64,000 bases of DNA from Candidatus Melainabacteria bacterium RIFCSPLOWO2_02_FULL_35_15 (GCA_001784585.1 MFRN01000043.1:80966-144965), one strand, 5' to 3'. Numbered from the stretch's first letter, positions 9,924-19,333 are shown. The notes: generated by a model not told the origin, from the sequence alone. A program made the numbers and translations.

Positions 9924-10292
9924 ATGATACAACAAGAATCAAATTTAGAAGTAGCAGACAATACAGGCGCTAAAGCAGTGCGATGTATCAGAGTATTGAA
10001 AGGTGGTAATTCCCGCTATGCAGGAATTGGGGATTTGATTATTGGTGTGGTAAAAGATGCTCTTCCAAATATGCCTGTAAAAGAGCATGAAATTGTAAGA
10101 TGCGTAATAGTAAGGACTAAAAAGACTTTAAGCAGAAATGACGGAAGTAAAATCAGGTTTGATGAAAATGCAGTGGTAATTATTGATAAACAAAACAACC
10201 CTAGAGGCACACGTGTATTTGGTCCGGTAGCACGTGAATTAAGAGAAAAACAATTTATGAAAATTCTTTCTTTAGCACCGGAGGTTTTATAG
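9924..10292 (+). CDS. rplN: 50S ribosomal protein L14
   Basis: [28 protein letters not shown]. Confidence 0.99.
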   Translation: MIQQESNLEVADNTGAKAVRCIRVLKGGNSRYAGIGDLIIGVVKDALPNMPVKEHEIVRCVIVRTKKTLSRNDGSKIRFDENAVVIIDKQNNPRGTRVFGPVARELREKQFMKILSLAPEVL

Positions 10293-10303
10293 AAAATTAA
10301 AAA

Positions 10304-10768
10304 ATGAGCGAGCAGTATATAAAAATAAATAGTAAAAATAAAAAACGCAGAGTTATTTTCTCCAAAGCACCTATTAAAGGACATCCTAAGAAAGGTGGCT
10401 TTTATATTGTCTCAGGTGCATTCCTTAAGAAAGATGCATCCAACCCAAGACCAAAATTACATATTAAAAGAGGTGATACTGTAATGATTATTTCCGGTCA
10501 GGACAAAGGAAAAACAGGTAAAGTAATTGCTGCATTTCCTCGTGAATCTAAAGTAATTATAGAAGGAGTAAATATAATTAAAAAACACCAGAAACCAAGA
10601 GGAGTTGGACAAGCTGGTGAAATTATTGAAAAAGAAGCTCCGATATTTGCATCAAAAGTAATGTACTATGATACGACGAAAAAAAAACCAACGAGAATTG
10701 GATATAAAATTTTAAAAGATGGGAAAAAGGTCAGGGTTTCAAAAGCTAGCGGGGAACAAATTGACTAA
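10304..10768 (+). CDS. rplX: 50S ribosomal protein L24 with ~50-aa N-terminal extension
   Basis: KOW motif [28 protein letters not shown]. Confidence 0.95.
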   Translation: MSEQYIKINSKNKKRRVIFSKAPIKGHPKKGGFYIVSGAFLKKDASNPRPKLHIKRGDTVMIISGQDKGKTGKVIAAFPRESKVIIEGVNIIKKHQKPRGVGQAGEIIEKEAPIFASKVMYYDTTKKKPTRIGYKILKDGKKVRVSKASGEQID

Positions 10769-10785
10769 GTCTTTTGAGGTTAAAT

Positions 10786-11328
10786 ATGGCAAAAAATTTA
10801 AGAAAAGAATTTAAAACGAAAATTGCAAAAGACCTAATGAGCACATTAGGTTATAAAAATCAGCTTGAAGTTCCTATGCTAAAAAAGATTGTTGTAAATA
10901 TGGGTATGGGCGAAGCAATGTCCGATTCTAAGTATTTAGATAGTGGGCTTAATGACATGAAAACAATTACTGGTCAAAAGCCGCTAATTACAAGAGCAAA
11001 AAAATCTATTGCAACCTATAAAATCAGGGAAGGTGGCCCGGTTGGATGTATTGTTACTTTAAGAGGCCAAAGAATGTATGATTTCTTCAGTAAACTTGTG
11101 AATTTGGTACTACCCAGACTTAGGGATTTTAAAGGAGTTTCTCCAAAAAGCTTTGACGGGAGAGGAAGTTATAATTTAGGATTGAAGGAACAAATTGTTT
11201 TTCCTGAAATTAAATATGATAAGGTCGATAATGTAAGAGGAATGGATATTGCAATTGTTACAACTGCAAGGACAAATAAAGAGGGGCTGGAGCTTTTAAA
11301 AGCTTTAGGAATGCCTTTTAGGAAGTAG
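10786..11328 (+). CDS. rplE: 50S ribosomal protein L5
   Basis: KIVVNMGMGEA, ITGQKP, LPRLRDFKG, FDGRG; ATG 10786 after GAGGT. Confidence 0.98.
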   Translation: MAKNLRKEFKTKIAKDLMSTLGYKNQLEVPMLKKIVVNMGMGEAMSDSKYLDSGLNDMKTITGQKPLITRAKKSIATYKIREGGPVGCIVTLRGQRMYDFFSKLVNLVLPRLRDFKGVSPKSFDGRGSYNLGLKEQIVFPEIKYDKVDNVRGMDIAIVTTARTNKEGLELLKALGMPFRK

Positions 11329-11356
11329 TTTATGGGAAGTAATAAATTTATCACCT

Positions 11357-11428
11357 GCGGGTGTAATTCAGTGGTAGAATGCAAGCTTCCCAAGCTTGAC
11401 GTCGCGGGTTCAAATCCCGTCGCCCGCT
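11357..11428 (+). tRNA. tRNA-Gly (CCC), no encoded CCA
   Basis: Acceptor GCGGGTG/CGCCCGC, anticodon arm CAAGC-TTCCCAA-GCTTG, T arm GCGGG-TTCAAAT-CCCGT. Confidence 0.95.
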
Positions 11429-11493
11429 CATTTTTGCGGAGCAAAATGAGCGAGGTCCGCTCAGCATAGCTGAGCGACCCGCTATCCAGAGTC

Positions 11494-11521
11494 AGTGGTT
11501 AGTGGTCAGAAGTTAGAAGGA
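11494..11521 (+). repeat. degenerate heptamer tandem repeat (STRR-like)
   Basis: AGTGGTT AGTGGTC AGAAGTT AGAAGGA. Confidence 0.6.
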
Positions 11522-11547
11522 AACAAGGAGATAAGTTAAATAAAAAT

Positions 11548-11754
11548 ATGGCTAAATTATGCATGATTGAGAGAGAAAGGAAAAAAAGAATATTAGTCGC
11601 AAAAGGTAAATATCCTAAAATAGGACTTCATAACCGTTGCAGGAGCTGTGGCAGATCACGTGGTTATTATAGAGACTTTGGGCTTTGCAGACTATGTCTA
11701 AGAAAAATGGCACACATGGGATTATTGCCTGGTGTAACAAAAGCCAGCTGGTAG
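11548..11754 (+). CDS. rpsN: 30S ribosomal protein S14, short zinc-binding type
   Basis: [10 protein letters not shown]...LCRLCLR, GVTKASW. Confidence 0.97.
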   Translation: MAKLCMIERERKKRILVAKGKYPKIGLHNRCRSCGRSRGYYRDFGLCRLCLRKMAHMGLLPGVTKASW

Positions 11755-11783
11755 AGAAAAAAGAAGAGGTAAGGAAACAAAAA

Positions 11784-12185
11784 ATGTCTCATACAGATTC
11801 AATAAGTGATATGTTAACAAGGATTAGAAATGCAGTTCATGCAACACATGAAAGTGTTGAAATTCCATTATCCAAATTAAAAATACAGATTGCAGAAGTT
11901 TTGAAAAAAGAAGGATACATTAGTTCTTATGAACTTTTTGAATCAGATCCTGTAAAAAAGAATATTAAAGTATTTTTAAAATATGGTCCACGAGGTGAAA
12001 AGTTAATTACAGGAATTCAAAAAGTTTCCAAGCCGGGTTTAAGAGTTTATACAAAATCAAAAGATGCAAAAAGAGTTCTGGATGGTCTGGGAATTTATAT
12101 TATTAGTACAAGCAGGGGCCTAATGACTGATCGACAGGCCAGGAAAGAAAAAGTTGGAGGAGAAGTTCTTTGTAAGGTCTGGTAA
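11784..12185 (+). CDS. rpsH: 30S ribosomal protein S8
   Basis: [27 protein letters not shown]; start ATG 11784. Confidence 0.98.
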   Translation: MSHTDSISDMLTRIRNAVHATHESVEIPLSKLKIQIAEVLKKEGYISSYELFESDPVKKNIKVFLKYGPRGEKLITGIQKVSKPGLRVYTKSKDAKRVLDGLGIYIISTSRGLMTDRQARKEKVGGEVLCKVW

Positions 12186-12209
12186 GTTAGAGATCAGAGG
12201 AAATAAAAT

Positions 12210-12770
12210 ATGTCGAGAATAGGAAAAAATCCAATAAACATACCGGATAAAGTAGAAATTACTATTACTGATACTCTTGGCGGACAAATCGTTAGAGTTA
12301 AAGGCCCTAAGGGTGAGCTCGAAAGCAAGTTTAGAAAAGAAATTAAAATTACTAAAGAAGACAAAAAAATTATTTTTAACAGGGAAAATGATGAAAAATT
12401 AGTAAGAAGTCTTCATGGTTTAATCAGATCATTAGTACAAAATATGATTCTTGGCGTTACAGAAGGATTTAAAAAAGAATTAGATATTGTAGGTGTAGGT
12501 TATAAAGCTCAGCTTCAGGGGACAAAACTGGTTTTACAAATGGGGTACAGTCATCCGGTTGAAGTTACTCCTCCAAACAAAGAAACAAAAATTGAAGTAG
12601 ATAAAACCCAGACTCACCTTACCATTACTGGAATCAGCAAGCAGACTGTCGGGGACTTAGCTGCTTATATCAGATCTGTTAGATTTCCTGAACCGTATAA
12701 AGGTAAAGGCATTAAGTATTCTGATGAAAAAATCAGAAGAAAGGTTGGAAAATCTGCTGCCAAAAAATAG
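12210..12770 (+). CDS. rplF: 50S ribosomal protein L6
   Basis: MSRIGKNP, VKGPKGEL, GVGYKA, PEPYKGKG. Confidence 0.99.
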   Translation: MSRIGKNPINIPDKVEITITDTLGGQIVRVKGPKGELESKFRKEIKITKEDKKIIFNRENDEKLVRSLHGLIRSLVQNMILGVTEGFKKELDIVGVGYKAQLQGTKLVLQMGYSHPVEVTPPNKETKIEVDKTQTHLTITGISKQTVGDLAAYIRSVRFPEPYKGKGIKYSDEKIRRKVGKSAAKK

Positions 12771-12785
12771 GCTAAGGATAAATCA

Positions 12786-13154
12786 ATGATAAATCAAACT
12801 TTAAAAAAAGAAAGAACAAGGAAAAGACACCAGAGAATTAGAAATAAGATTATGGGAACCAAGGAACGCCCAAGACTTTGTATTTATAAATCTAATAAGC
12901 ATATTTATGCTCAGTTAATTGATGATGTTGAAGCAAAGACTTTGCTGTTCTGCTCTACAGTTCAACCATCTTTAAGGTCAAAGATTAAATCAACCTGGAC
13001 AAAAGAAGCAGCTAAGATAGTTGGAGAAATGATTGCTAAAAGTGCTACAGAGAAAGGAATTAAAGATGTTGTATTCGATCGCGGCGGTAACAGATATCAT
13101 GGTAAAGTTATAGCTTTTGCAGAAGGAGCAAGAGGTGCGGGTTTAAAATTTTAG
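12786..13154 (+). CDS. rplR: 50S ribosomal protein L18
   Basis: RPRL..SNKHIYAQ, VFDRGG..YHG. Confidence 0.98.
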   Translation: MINQTLKKERTRKRHQRIRNKIMGTKERPRLCIYKSNKHIYAQLIDDVEAKTLLFCSTVQPSLRSKIKSTWTKEAAKIVGEMIAKSATEKGIKDVVFDRGGNRYHGKVIAFAEGARGAGLKF

Positions 13155-13175
13155 AAACTTATTAGAGAGGGAAAT

Positions 13176-13946
13176 ATGTCAGAAGAAGAAGAAGAAAAAA
13201 AAGAAGTTAATATTAATGAAGAAAAACAGATTTCTTCAGAAAGTACAGAACAGATAACTGTTCCAGAAACTTCAGAACCAGTGAAAGTTGCTGATGCTAC
13301 TGATGTTCCTGCTTCAGCTGAAGCTGAGGAAGATGAAGTCGATGAACTAACTGGTATTGAAGAGGCTTCTGAACAGGAAATATTCCAAAAAGTTACAAAA
13401 AAAGAAACCAGAAAAAAAAGAAAAAAGCGTAGTGAAAGAGGTCAGGATAAAGGTAAAGAAGCCTCTGAATGGATTGAAAAAGTTGTTCAGATTAGAAGAG
13501 TTACCAAGGTTGTAAAGGGGGGTAAAAAATTAAGTTTTAGAGCAGTTGTTGTAGTTGGGAATGCTAAAGGGCAGGTAGGCGTAGGAGTTGGTAAAGCACT
13601 TGAAGTTATAAGTGCTATTCAAAAAGCTGTTGTTGATGCAAAGAAAAATTTAATTCCAATTCCACTTATAAATTCCACTATTCCTCATCAGATTCTTGGT
13701 AGAGCAGGTGCTGCAAAAGTTCTCTTAAAACCTGCCAGAGAAGGTACTGGTATAAAAGCAGGTGGAGCTGCCAGAACAGTTCTTGAGTTAGGTGGAGTAG
13801 GTGACATTCTTTCAAAGTCATTAGGTTCACGTTCACCATTGAATGTAGCCAGAGCAACACTTAATGGTTTAACCAAGCTTAGACAATTTGGAGGTGTTGC
13901 ACAGCTTAGAGGAATGACTTTAAAAGAAATGATAGCAGCAAATTAG
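13176..13946 (+). CDS. rpsE: 30S ribosomal protein S5 with long acidic N-terminal extension
   Basis: [29 protein letters not shown]. Confidence 0.97.
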   Translation: MSEEEEEKKEVNINEEKQISSESTEQITVPETSEPVKVADATDVPASAEAEEDEVDELTGIEEASEQEIFQKVTKKETRKKRKKRSERGQDKGKEASEWIEKVVQIRRVTKVVKGGKKLSFRAVVVVGNAKGQVGVGVGKALEVISAIQKAVVDAKKNLIPIPLINSTIPHQILGRAGAAKVLLKPAREGTGIKAGGAARTVLELGGVGDILSKSLGSRSPLNVARATLNGLTKLRQFGGVAQLRGMTLKEMIAAN

Positions 13947-13967
13947 ATATAACAGGTGGTAGGGATT

Positions 13968-14444
13968 ATGCAGTTAAGTGAATTAAAATCAGCTAAGGGT
14001 TCAAGAAGAAAAAGAAAAACTGTAGGTCGTGGTCCGGGTTCTGGTCATGGTAAGACTTCCTGCAGAGGAAATAATGGTCAGGGGCAAAGAGCAGGAAAAG
14101 GTCACAGAGCTGGTTTTGAAGGTGGTCAAACCCCAATCTACAGAAGACTTCCAAAATATCAGGTAAATGAGAGACCAAACAGATTAATATGGGCAGTTGT
14201 AAATCTAAAGGATTTGGAAGATCTTTCAGGTTCTAAGGTTATAACTCCGGAATTGCTTTTAGAAAAAAGCATAATAGATAATTTAAATGCTGGCTTAAGA
14301 GTCCTGGGAGACGGTAATATAAATTTTTCTGCTACTATAAAAGCACATTATTTTTCACATTCAGCAAAAGAAAAGATTGAAGCAGCTGGCGGTAAATGTG
14401 AATTAATAAATAACACTAAGGACAATGGCAAATCAGGCAAGTAA
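13968..14444 (+). CDS. rplO: 50S ribosomal protein L15
   Basis: GRGPGSGHGKT, GFEGGQTP..RRLPK, AKEKIEAAGG; start ATG 13968 or GTG 13956. Confidence 0.97.
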   Translation: MQLSELKSAKGSRRKRKTVGRGPGSGHGKTSCRGNNGQGQRAGKGHRAGFEGGQTPIYRRLPKYQVNERPNRLIWAVVNLKDLEDLSGSKVITPELLLEKSIIDNLNAGLRVLGDGNINFSATIKAHYFSHSAKEKIEAAGGKCELINNTKDNGKSGK

Positions 14445-15888
14445 ATCAGGTAAAGAAGCAGATCTTTCGACATTTTTAGAAATGTTCCAGTCTGCTGGCT
14501 TAATGAAAAGAATAGTTTTTACTATTTCTATGCTGGCTATTTACAGACTTGGTGTTCACATACCTTTAATAGGTGTTAACCATGAGCTTTTAAAGAGATC
14601 AAATGTTTTAACAAGTGGTCTTTTAGGACTGGTAGATTTATTTGCCGGTGGTGCTCTTAGTGCACTGTCTATATTCGCACTTGGTATTGGCCCTTATATT
14701 ACATCTTCCATTATTATGCAGTTAATGACTGAAGTAATTCCAGCTCTAAAAAATATACAGAGAGAACAGGGTGAGCAGGGAAGAAAACAATTTCAGCAAA
14801 TTACACGGAGAACTACAGTAGCACTGGCAATTATTCAGTCACTTGCTTTAGCCAGATTCCTGGATGTAGCAGGTGTTGCCCCGGCTGGAACACCGGCATT
14901 TTATTTAAATACTATTGTTATACTTACCTGCTCAAGTGTTTTTGTTATGTGGCTCGGAGAAGTCATTACTGAGCGTGGTATCGGGAACGGTGCTTCTATA
15001 TTGATTTTTATAGGGATTGCCTCGAGAATGCCTATTATGATTAGAGATACAATTACTGCTATGAATACAGGTTCGTCTCCTGCCTGGGGCGTTGCCACAT
15101 TGTTGCTTGTGTTCTGTTTGCTTGTATTTTTAATAATTTATATTCAGGAGGGTGCGAGAAAGATTTTAGTATTAGGTGCCAGGAGGCAAGCAGCTGGCGG
15201 GAGAGTAACTGCAGCACCGGATCACTATATGCCATTTAGAATTAATCCTGCAGGTGTTTTGCCTATTATTTTTGCAAGCTCTTTAATGTTCCTTCCATTA
15301 CAGCTTCTTGCTTTTGCAGGTCTTCAGGATAAATCTGTTTCAATTACTTTACGAGATCTCTTTACAAATACCCCGGGACTTGGTCAGCTTTCATTTGCAC
15401 TCTCGCAGATCAAAGTAGGAGAGAGTTATATTTTTGCTGATTTTGGAAACTGGCTGTCACTCCAGGTTGAATATCTCTTTAGAACCGGGCACTGGCAACA
15501 TTCACTGGTTTATTTCTTTTTAATTCTTTTATTTTCATATTTTTATGCTTCGATAATTTTAAATCCGCGTGAAGTAGCAGAAAACCTGAAAAAAAACGGA
15601 TCTGCCATTCAGGGTGTTAAACCAGGGAAAGCAACCAGTGATTACCTCGATATTGTAATTAACCGGATAGTTTTTGTCGGTGCCATTGCGATTGGACTTG
15701 TGGCTGTAATTCCAATCCATGTAGAACAATTATGCCAGGTAGCAACTCTTGGTGGTTTGGGAAGCACTTCACTTATAATTCTTGTAGGGGTTGCTATAGA
15801 TACCAGAAACCAGATTATTGCATATGCTCAAACTCACAGATATCAAACAAGGAGCATTTTAAGTTTTTCGTCTAAGAAAACCTTATGA
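14425..15888 (+). CDS. secY: preprotein translocase SecY
   Basis: SIFALGIGPYITSSII, ITERGIGNG.S, AGVLPIIFASS, GVKPG, LGSTSLIILVGV. Confidence 0.98.
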   Translation: MANQASKSGKEADLSTFLEMFQSAGLMKRIVFTISMLAIYRLGVHIPLIGVNHELLKRSNVLTSGLLGLVDLFAGGALSALSIFALGIGPYITSSIIMQLMTEVIPALKNIQREQGEQGRKQFQQITRRTTVALAIIQSLALARFLDVAGVAPAGTPAFYLNTIVILTCSSVFVMWLGEVITERGIGNGASILIFIGIASRMPIMIRDTITAMNTGSSPAWGVATLLLVFCLLVFLIIYIQEGARKILVLGARRQAAGGRVTAAPDHYMPFRINPAGVLPIIFASSLMFLPLQLLAFAGLQDKSVSITLRDLFTNTPGLGQLSFALSQIKVGESYIFADFGNWLSLQVEYLFRTGHWQHSLVYFFLILLFSYFYASIILNPREVAENLKKNGSAIQGVKPGKATSDYLDIVINRIVFVGAIAIGLVAVIPIHVEQLCQVATLGGLGSTSLIILVGVAIDTRNQIIAYAQTHRYQTRSILSFSSKKTL

Positions 15889-16676
15889 GTTTTGTTGAAA
15901 AAATAAATAGTAGATTTTCCGACAAACTGTTTCAAATTAATAATTTTATTTATACCCTGGTAGTAAATTTGCTGGATGCATTTTTTATAATTTTTAGAGA
16001 TTTGCCGCGGGGTAAGTTTTATTATGAAAATTTTCTTGAGAGCTTAAGAAAAATCGCCTGGAACTGTCTGCCCATTGCTACGCTTACTATATCTGCAAGT
16101 GCTTTTATTTACTCTATTCATGGTGCTCCTGAAATGTCAAAAAGAGGTTTAACTGATTATTTAGGCGGGCTTGTGGCACTGGCGTTAATTCGTGAAAGTG
16201 TCCCTGTTATGGCAGCACTGGCAATTGTTTCCCAGTATTCATCTGGTATGACTGCTCAGATAGGTTCTATGAAGGTAACCGAACAATTAGATGCCATGAA
16301 AGTTTTAAAAGTTTATCCCAGTGCATACTTGCTTGTACCTATGTTGTTAGCAGGCTTAATTGGTTTTCCGATTGTAATCATGATTTGTATTTTAGTAGGG
16401 ATATTTATAAATTATCTGGTTTCAAATGTATTAATTGATATCAGTTATCATCTTTATTTTTCATCAATTTTAAGAGCTGTAGTTATGAAGGATATTTTCC
16501 TTGCATTGATTAAAGCATCCATGTTCGGATTTTTTATTGCTTTAATAAGTTATATTTGTGGCATTCTTACTCAGGGCGGAGCTAAAGCAGTTGGAAATTC
16601 TACCAGGCTCTCAGTAGTGATTAATTTTATTTTAGTAGTAATTCTGGATTATATAATTACAGCGTTGTGGTTATAG
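15885..16676 (+). CDS. MlaE family ABC permease
   Basis: RESVPV, AQIGSMKVTEQLDAM, GGAKAVG..T. Confidence 0.9.
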   Translation: MSFVEKINSRFSDKLFQINNFIYTLVVNLLDAFFIIFRDLPRGKFYYENFLESLRKIAWNCLPIATLTISASAFIYSIHGAPEMSKRGLTDYLGGLVALALIRESVPVMAALAIVSQYSSGMTAQIGSMKVTEQLDAMKVLKVYPSAYLLVPMLLAGLIGFPIVIMICILVGIFINYLVSNVLIDISYHLYFSSILRAVVMKDIFLALIKASMFGFFIALISYICGILTQGGAKAVGNSTRLSVVINFILVVILDYIITALWL

Positions 16677-16681
16677 TTATG

Positions 16682-17350
16682 CTATGCTACATTCCATTTC
16701 TTAATCGATGGCTTAATTATAAGCATTGTCCCTTCTGCACCAGGAACAGCTCCTTTAACTAATAAAAGATTTTTTTCTTTATCAAAATCTATAACTTCCA
16801 GATTTCTAACTGTTACTTCTTCATTTCCCATACGGGACGGCATGTTTTTCCCTGGCAATACTCTTCCCGGAAAAGTATGTGCACCGATAGAACCTGGAAG
16901 TCTGTGTGACTTAGAGCCATGCGTTTCAGGCCCTCTGTGTTTGTTATGCAGTTTAACCATACCCTGGAAACCTTTTCCTATAGATATCCCGGAGACATCT
17001 ACTTTTTCTTTTAAAACAATTATTTTTGAATGATCTAAAACTTGTCCAACTTTGTATGAATCTAATTCTTCAGGTTTTACTCTAAACTCCTTTAAATAGC
17101 TAAGATTTGGAAGATTTTTCTTTTTTAAGTTTCCAAGTTTTGGTTTATTTAAGTGTTTATCTTTTTTTACATTTGCCCCGATCTGTACTGCTGAATAACC
17201 GTCTCTTACAGGTATTTTAATATCAGTAATAATATTTTCAGCCAGTTCTATAACTGTTACAGGAACAGCATCTCCATCCTGGTTAAAAAACTGTGTCATG
17301 CCAAGCTTTTTACCTAATATCTCTATTCTGAATCTGGATAGCTGCGTCAT
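16682..17350 (-). CDS. rplC: 50S ribosomal protein L3
   Basis: [36 protein letters not shown]. Confidence 0.98.
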   Translation of the reverse strand: MTQLSRFRIEILGKKLGMTQFFNQDGDAVPVTVIELAENIITDIKIPVRDGYSAVQIGANVKKDKHLNKPKLGNLKKKNLPNLSYLKEFRVKPEELDSYKVGQVLDHSKIIVLKEKVDVSGISIGKGFQGMVKLHNKHRGPETHGSKSHRLPGSIGAHTFPGRVLPGKNMPSRMGNEEVTVRNLEVIDFDKEKNLLLVKGAVPGAEGTMLIIKPSIKKWNVA

Positions 17351-17676
17351 AATTTTAGTTCTATATCTACTCCGGCAGGTAAGTCTAATCTGGTCAGAGC
17401 ATCTGTAGTTTCATTTGTCGGATTTTCAATGTCAACAAGTCTCTTATGAATCCTGATTTCAAAATGTTCTCTGGATTTTTTATCTACATGTGGAGATCTG
17501 TTTACACAATAGATATGACGATCTGTCGGTAGATAAATAGGACCTGTTATAGATGCACCTGTACGGTTAGCTGCATCTACAATCTGATCACATGAAGCAT
17601 CTAATGCTCTATGATCGTATCCTTTTAAGCGAATACGAATCCTGTTTTTCAGAGATTGTTGTGCTGTTTTTGACAT
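17347..17676 (-). CDS. rpsJ: 30S ribosomal protein S10
   Basis: [30 protein letters not shown]. Confidence 0.99.
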   Translation of the reverse strand: MSKTAQQSLKNRIRIRLKGYDHRALDASCDQIVDAANRTGASITGPIYLPTDRHIYCVNRSPHVDKKSREHFEIRIHKRLVDIENPTNETTDALTRLDLPAGVDIELKL

Positions 17677-17760
17677 TTTTTATAGCTCCAGACAAGCTGG
17701 AGCTTTCCTCTCGATCTTCCTTTGTGATTGATCACATTTGCCGAATGAATCGGACAAATG
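17677..17760 (-). promoter_or_regulatory. two-hairpin leader (hairpin A + linker + SD-like GAGAGGA + hairpin B) before rpsJ
   Basis: Minus strand: CATTTG-T-CCGA-TTCAT-TCGG-CAAATG ... GAGAGGAA-AGCTCCAG-CTTGT-CTGGAGCT-ATAAAAA-ATG. Confidence 0.7.
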
Positions 17761-17780
17761 CTCTCTCTTTAATAAGCATA

Positions 17781-18995
17781 TTAGCTTAAAATTTTACTTA
17801 CTACACCAGCTCCTACAGTTCTACCGCCTTCACGGATTGCAAATCTCATGCCTTCTTCAATTGCAACTGGCTGAATAAGTTCTACTTCCATGGCAATATT
17901 ATCTCCAGGCATTACCATTTCAACCCCGGCTGGAAGTATTACTGAACCGGTTACATCAGTAGTTCTGACATAAAACTGAGGTCTGTAACCCGGGAAAAAT
18001 GGAGTATGTCTGCCACCTTCTTCTTTGGTTAATATATAAACCTCAGCATTAAACTTTGTGTGAGGCTTTATGCTGCCTGGCTTTGCAATTACCTGACCGC
18101 GTTCAATACCTTCTTTTTCAATACCTCTTAAAAGCACACCTGCATTATCACCTGCTTGAATTTCATCAAGTGTTTTTCTGAACATTTCAAGGCCGGTTGC
18201 TATTGTCTTAGTAGTATCTTTAATACCAATAATTTCAATTTCTTCCTGTACTTTTAATTTACCTCTTTCTACACGACCGGTTGCAACTGTTCCACGACCG
18301 GTAATAGAAAAGACATCTTCAACTGCCATAAGAAATGGTTTGTCTACATCTCTTTGCGGGGTTGGTATGGATTTATCTATAACATCCATAAGTTCATGAA
18401 TACAGTCTACATCTTTATTTTCACCTTTTTTTATTGCAGGGTTTTTTAGCAAAGCTTCCATTGCTTTTAGAGCAGAGCCTTTAACAATGGGGATCTCAGC
18501 TCCTTTAAATCCATACTTTGTTAAAAGTTCTCTGGTTTCAACCTCAACAAGGTCAACTAACTCTTTGTCGTCAACCATATCTACTTTATTTAAAAAGACA
18601 ACAATATTTGGAACACCTACTTGTCTTGCCAATAAAATATGTTCTCTAGTCTGTGGCATAGGACCATCTGCAGCAGAAATAACCAGGATTGCTCCGTCCA
18701 TCTGTGCTGCACCTGTAATCATATTTTTAATATAGTCAGCATGCCCTGGGCAGTCTACGTGTGCATAGTGTCTGCTTTTTGTTTCATATTCCTGGTGAGA
18801 TGTGTTTATAGTAATCCCACGTGCTTTTTCTTCCGGCGCTGAATCAATTTCATCGTATTTTCTTGGTTTGGCAAGTCCTTCAGCAGCTAGTGCCATTGTT
18901 ATAGCTGCAGTTAAAGTTGTCTTACCATGATCTACGTGTCCAATTGTTCCAATATTTACATTTGGTTTTGTTCTTTCAAACTTTTGCCTTGCCAT
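17781..18995 (-). CDS. tuf: elongation factor Tu
   Basis: [34 protein letters not shown]. Confidence 0.99.
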   Translation of the reverse strand: MARQKFERTKPNVNIGTIGHVDHGKTTLTAAITMALAAEGLAKPRKYDEIDSAPEEKARGITINTSHQEYETKSRHYAHVDCPGHADYIKNMITGAAQMDGAILVISAADGPMPQTREHILLARQVGVPNIVVFLNKVDMVDDKELVDLVEVETRELLTKYGFKGAEIPIVKGSALKAMEALLKNPAIKKGENKDVDCIHELMDVIDKSIPTPQRDVDKPFLMAVEDVFSITGRGTVATGRVERGKLKVQEEIEIIGIKDTTKTIATGLEMFRKTLDEIQAGDNAGVLLRGIEKEGIERGQVIAKPGSIKPHTKFNAEVYILTKEEGGRHTPFFPGYRPQFYVRTTDVTGSVILPAGVEMVMPGDNIAMEVELIQPVAIEEGMRFAIREGGRTVGAGVVSKILS

Positions 18996-19067
18996 TTTAG
19001 TTGACTCCTTAATTAAAAAATCTATTGCTAAATCGAGCTTTAATATTCTACACTAGAAAATAATTCC

Positions 19068-19096
19068 TTGAAAAGGTCTTTTGTTTTAAATATACT
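19068..19096 (+). promoter_or_regulatory. candidate sigma70 promoter towards bamA
   Basis: TTGAAA-N17-TATACT. Confidence 0.45.
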
Positions 19097-19333
19097 GAAG
19101 ATAGGTTTTAGAAAGTATCTATTGAGTAGTTTGTCCTAGTCTATAAGGATGAATCAGAAATACAACATAAAAAAACCCTCCTGGAATTAGACATAAATAC
19201 TATTTTAAGTGTTTAAAAAGGTGAATTTTGAAGTATATTATGGACAGGGTTGGCTCTAGGAGCCAAGCTATCCGTCATAATACTATGTTAAGATCAGCTA
19301 CTTAGCAAAGCTAACAAGTAAAAGGGAAATAGT

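Noticed and set aside
11169..11444. 91-aa minus-strand ORF
   Set aside because: Antisense shadow of tRNA-Gly and rplE (ATGFEPATSSL is a typical reverse-tRNA translation).
11685..11783. N-terminal extension of S8 in the ORF track
   Set aside because: Overlaps rpsN; conserved S8 begins at ATG 11784.
13946..13968. rpmD (L30) missing between rpsE and rplO
   Set aside because: Normal for the cyanobacterial lineage.
17732..17779. 15-codon uORF (MLIKERAFVRFIRQM) across hairpin A before rpsJ
   Set aside because: The homologous rplN leader gives only ATG CTT TCA TAA, so coding is not conserved.
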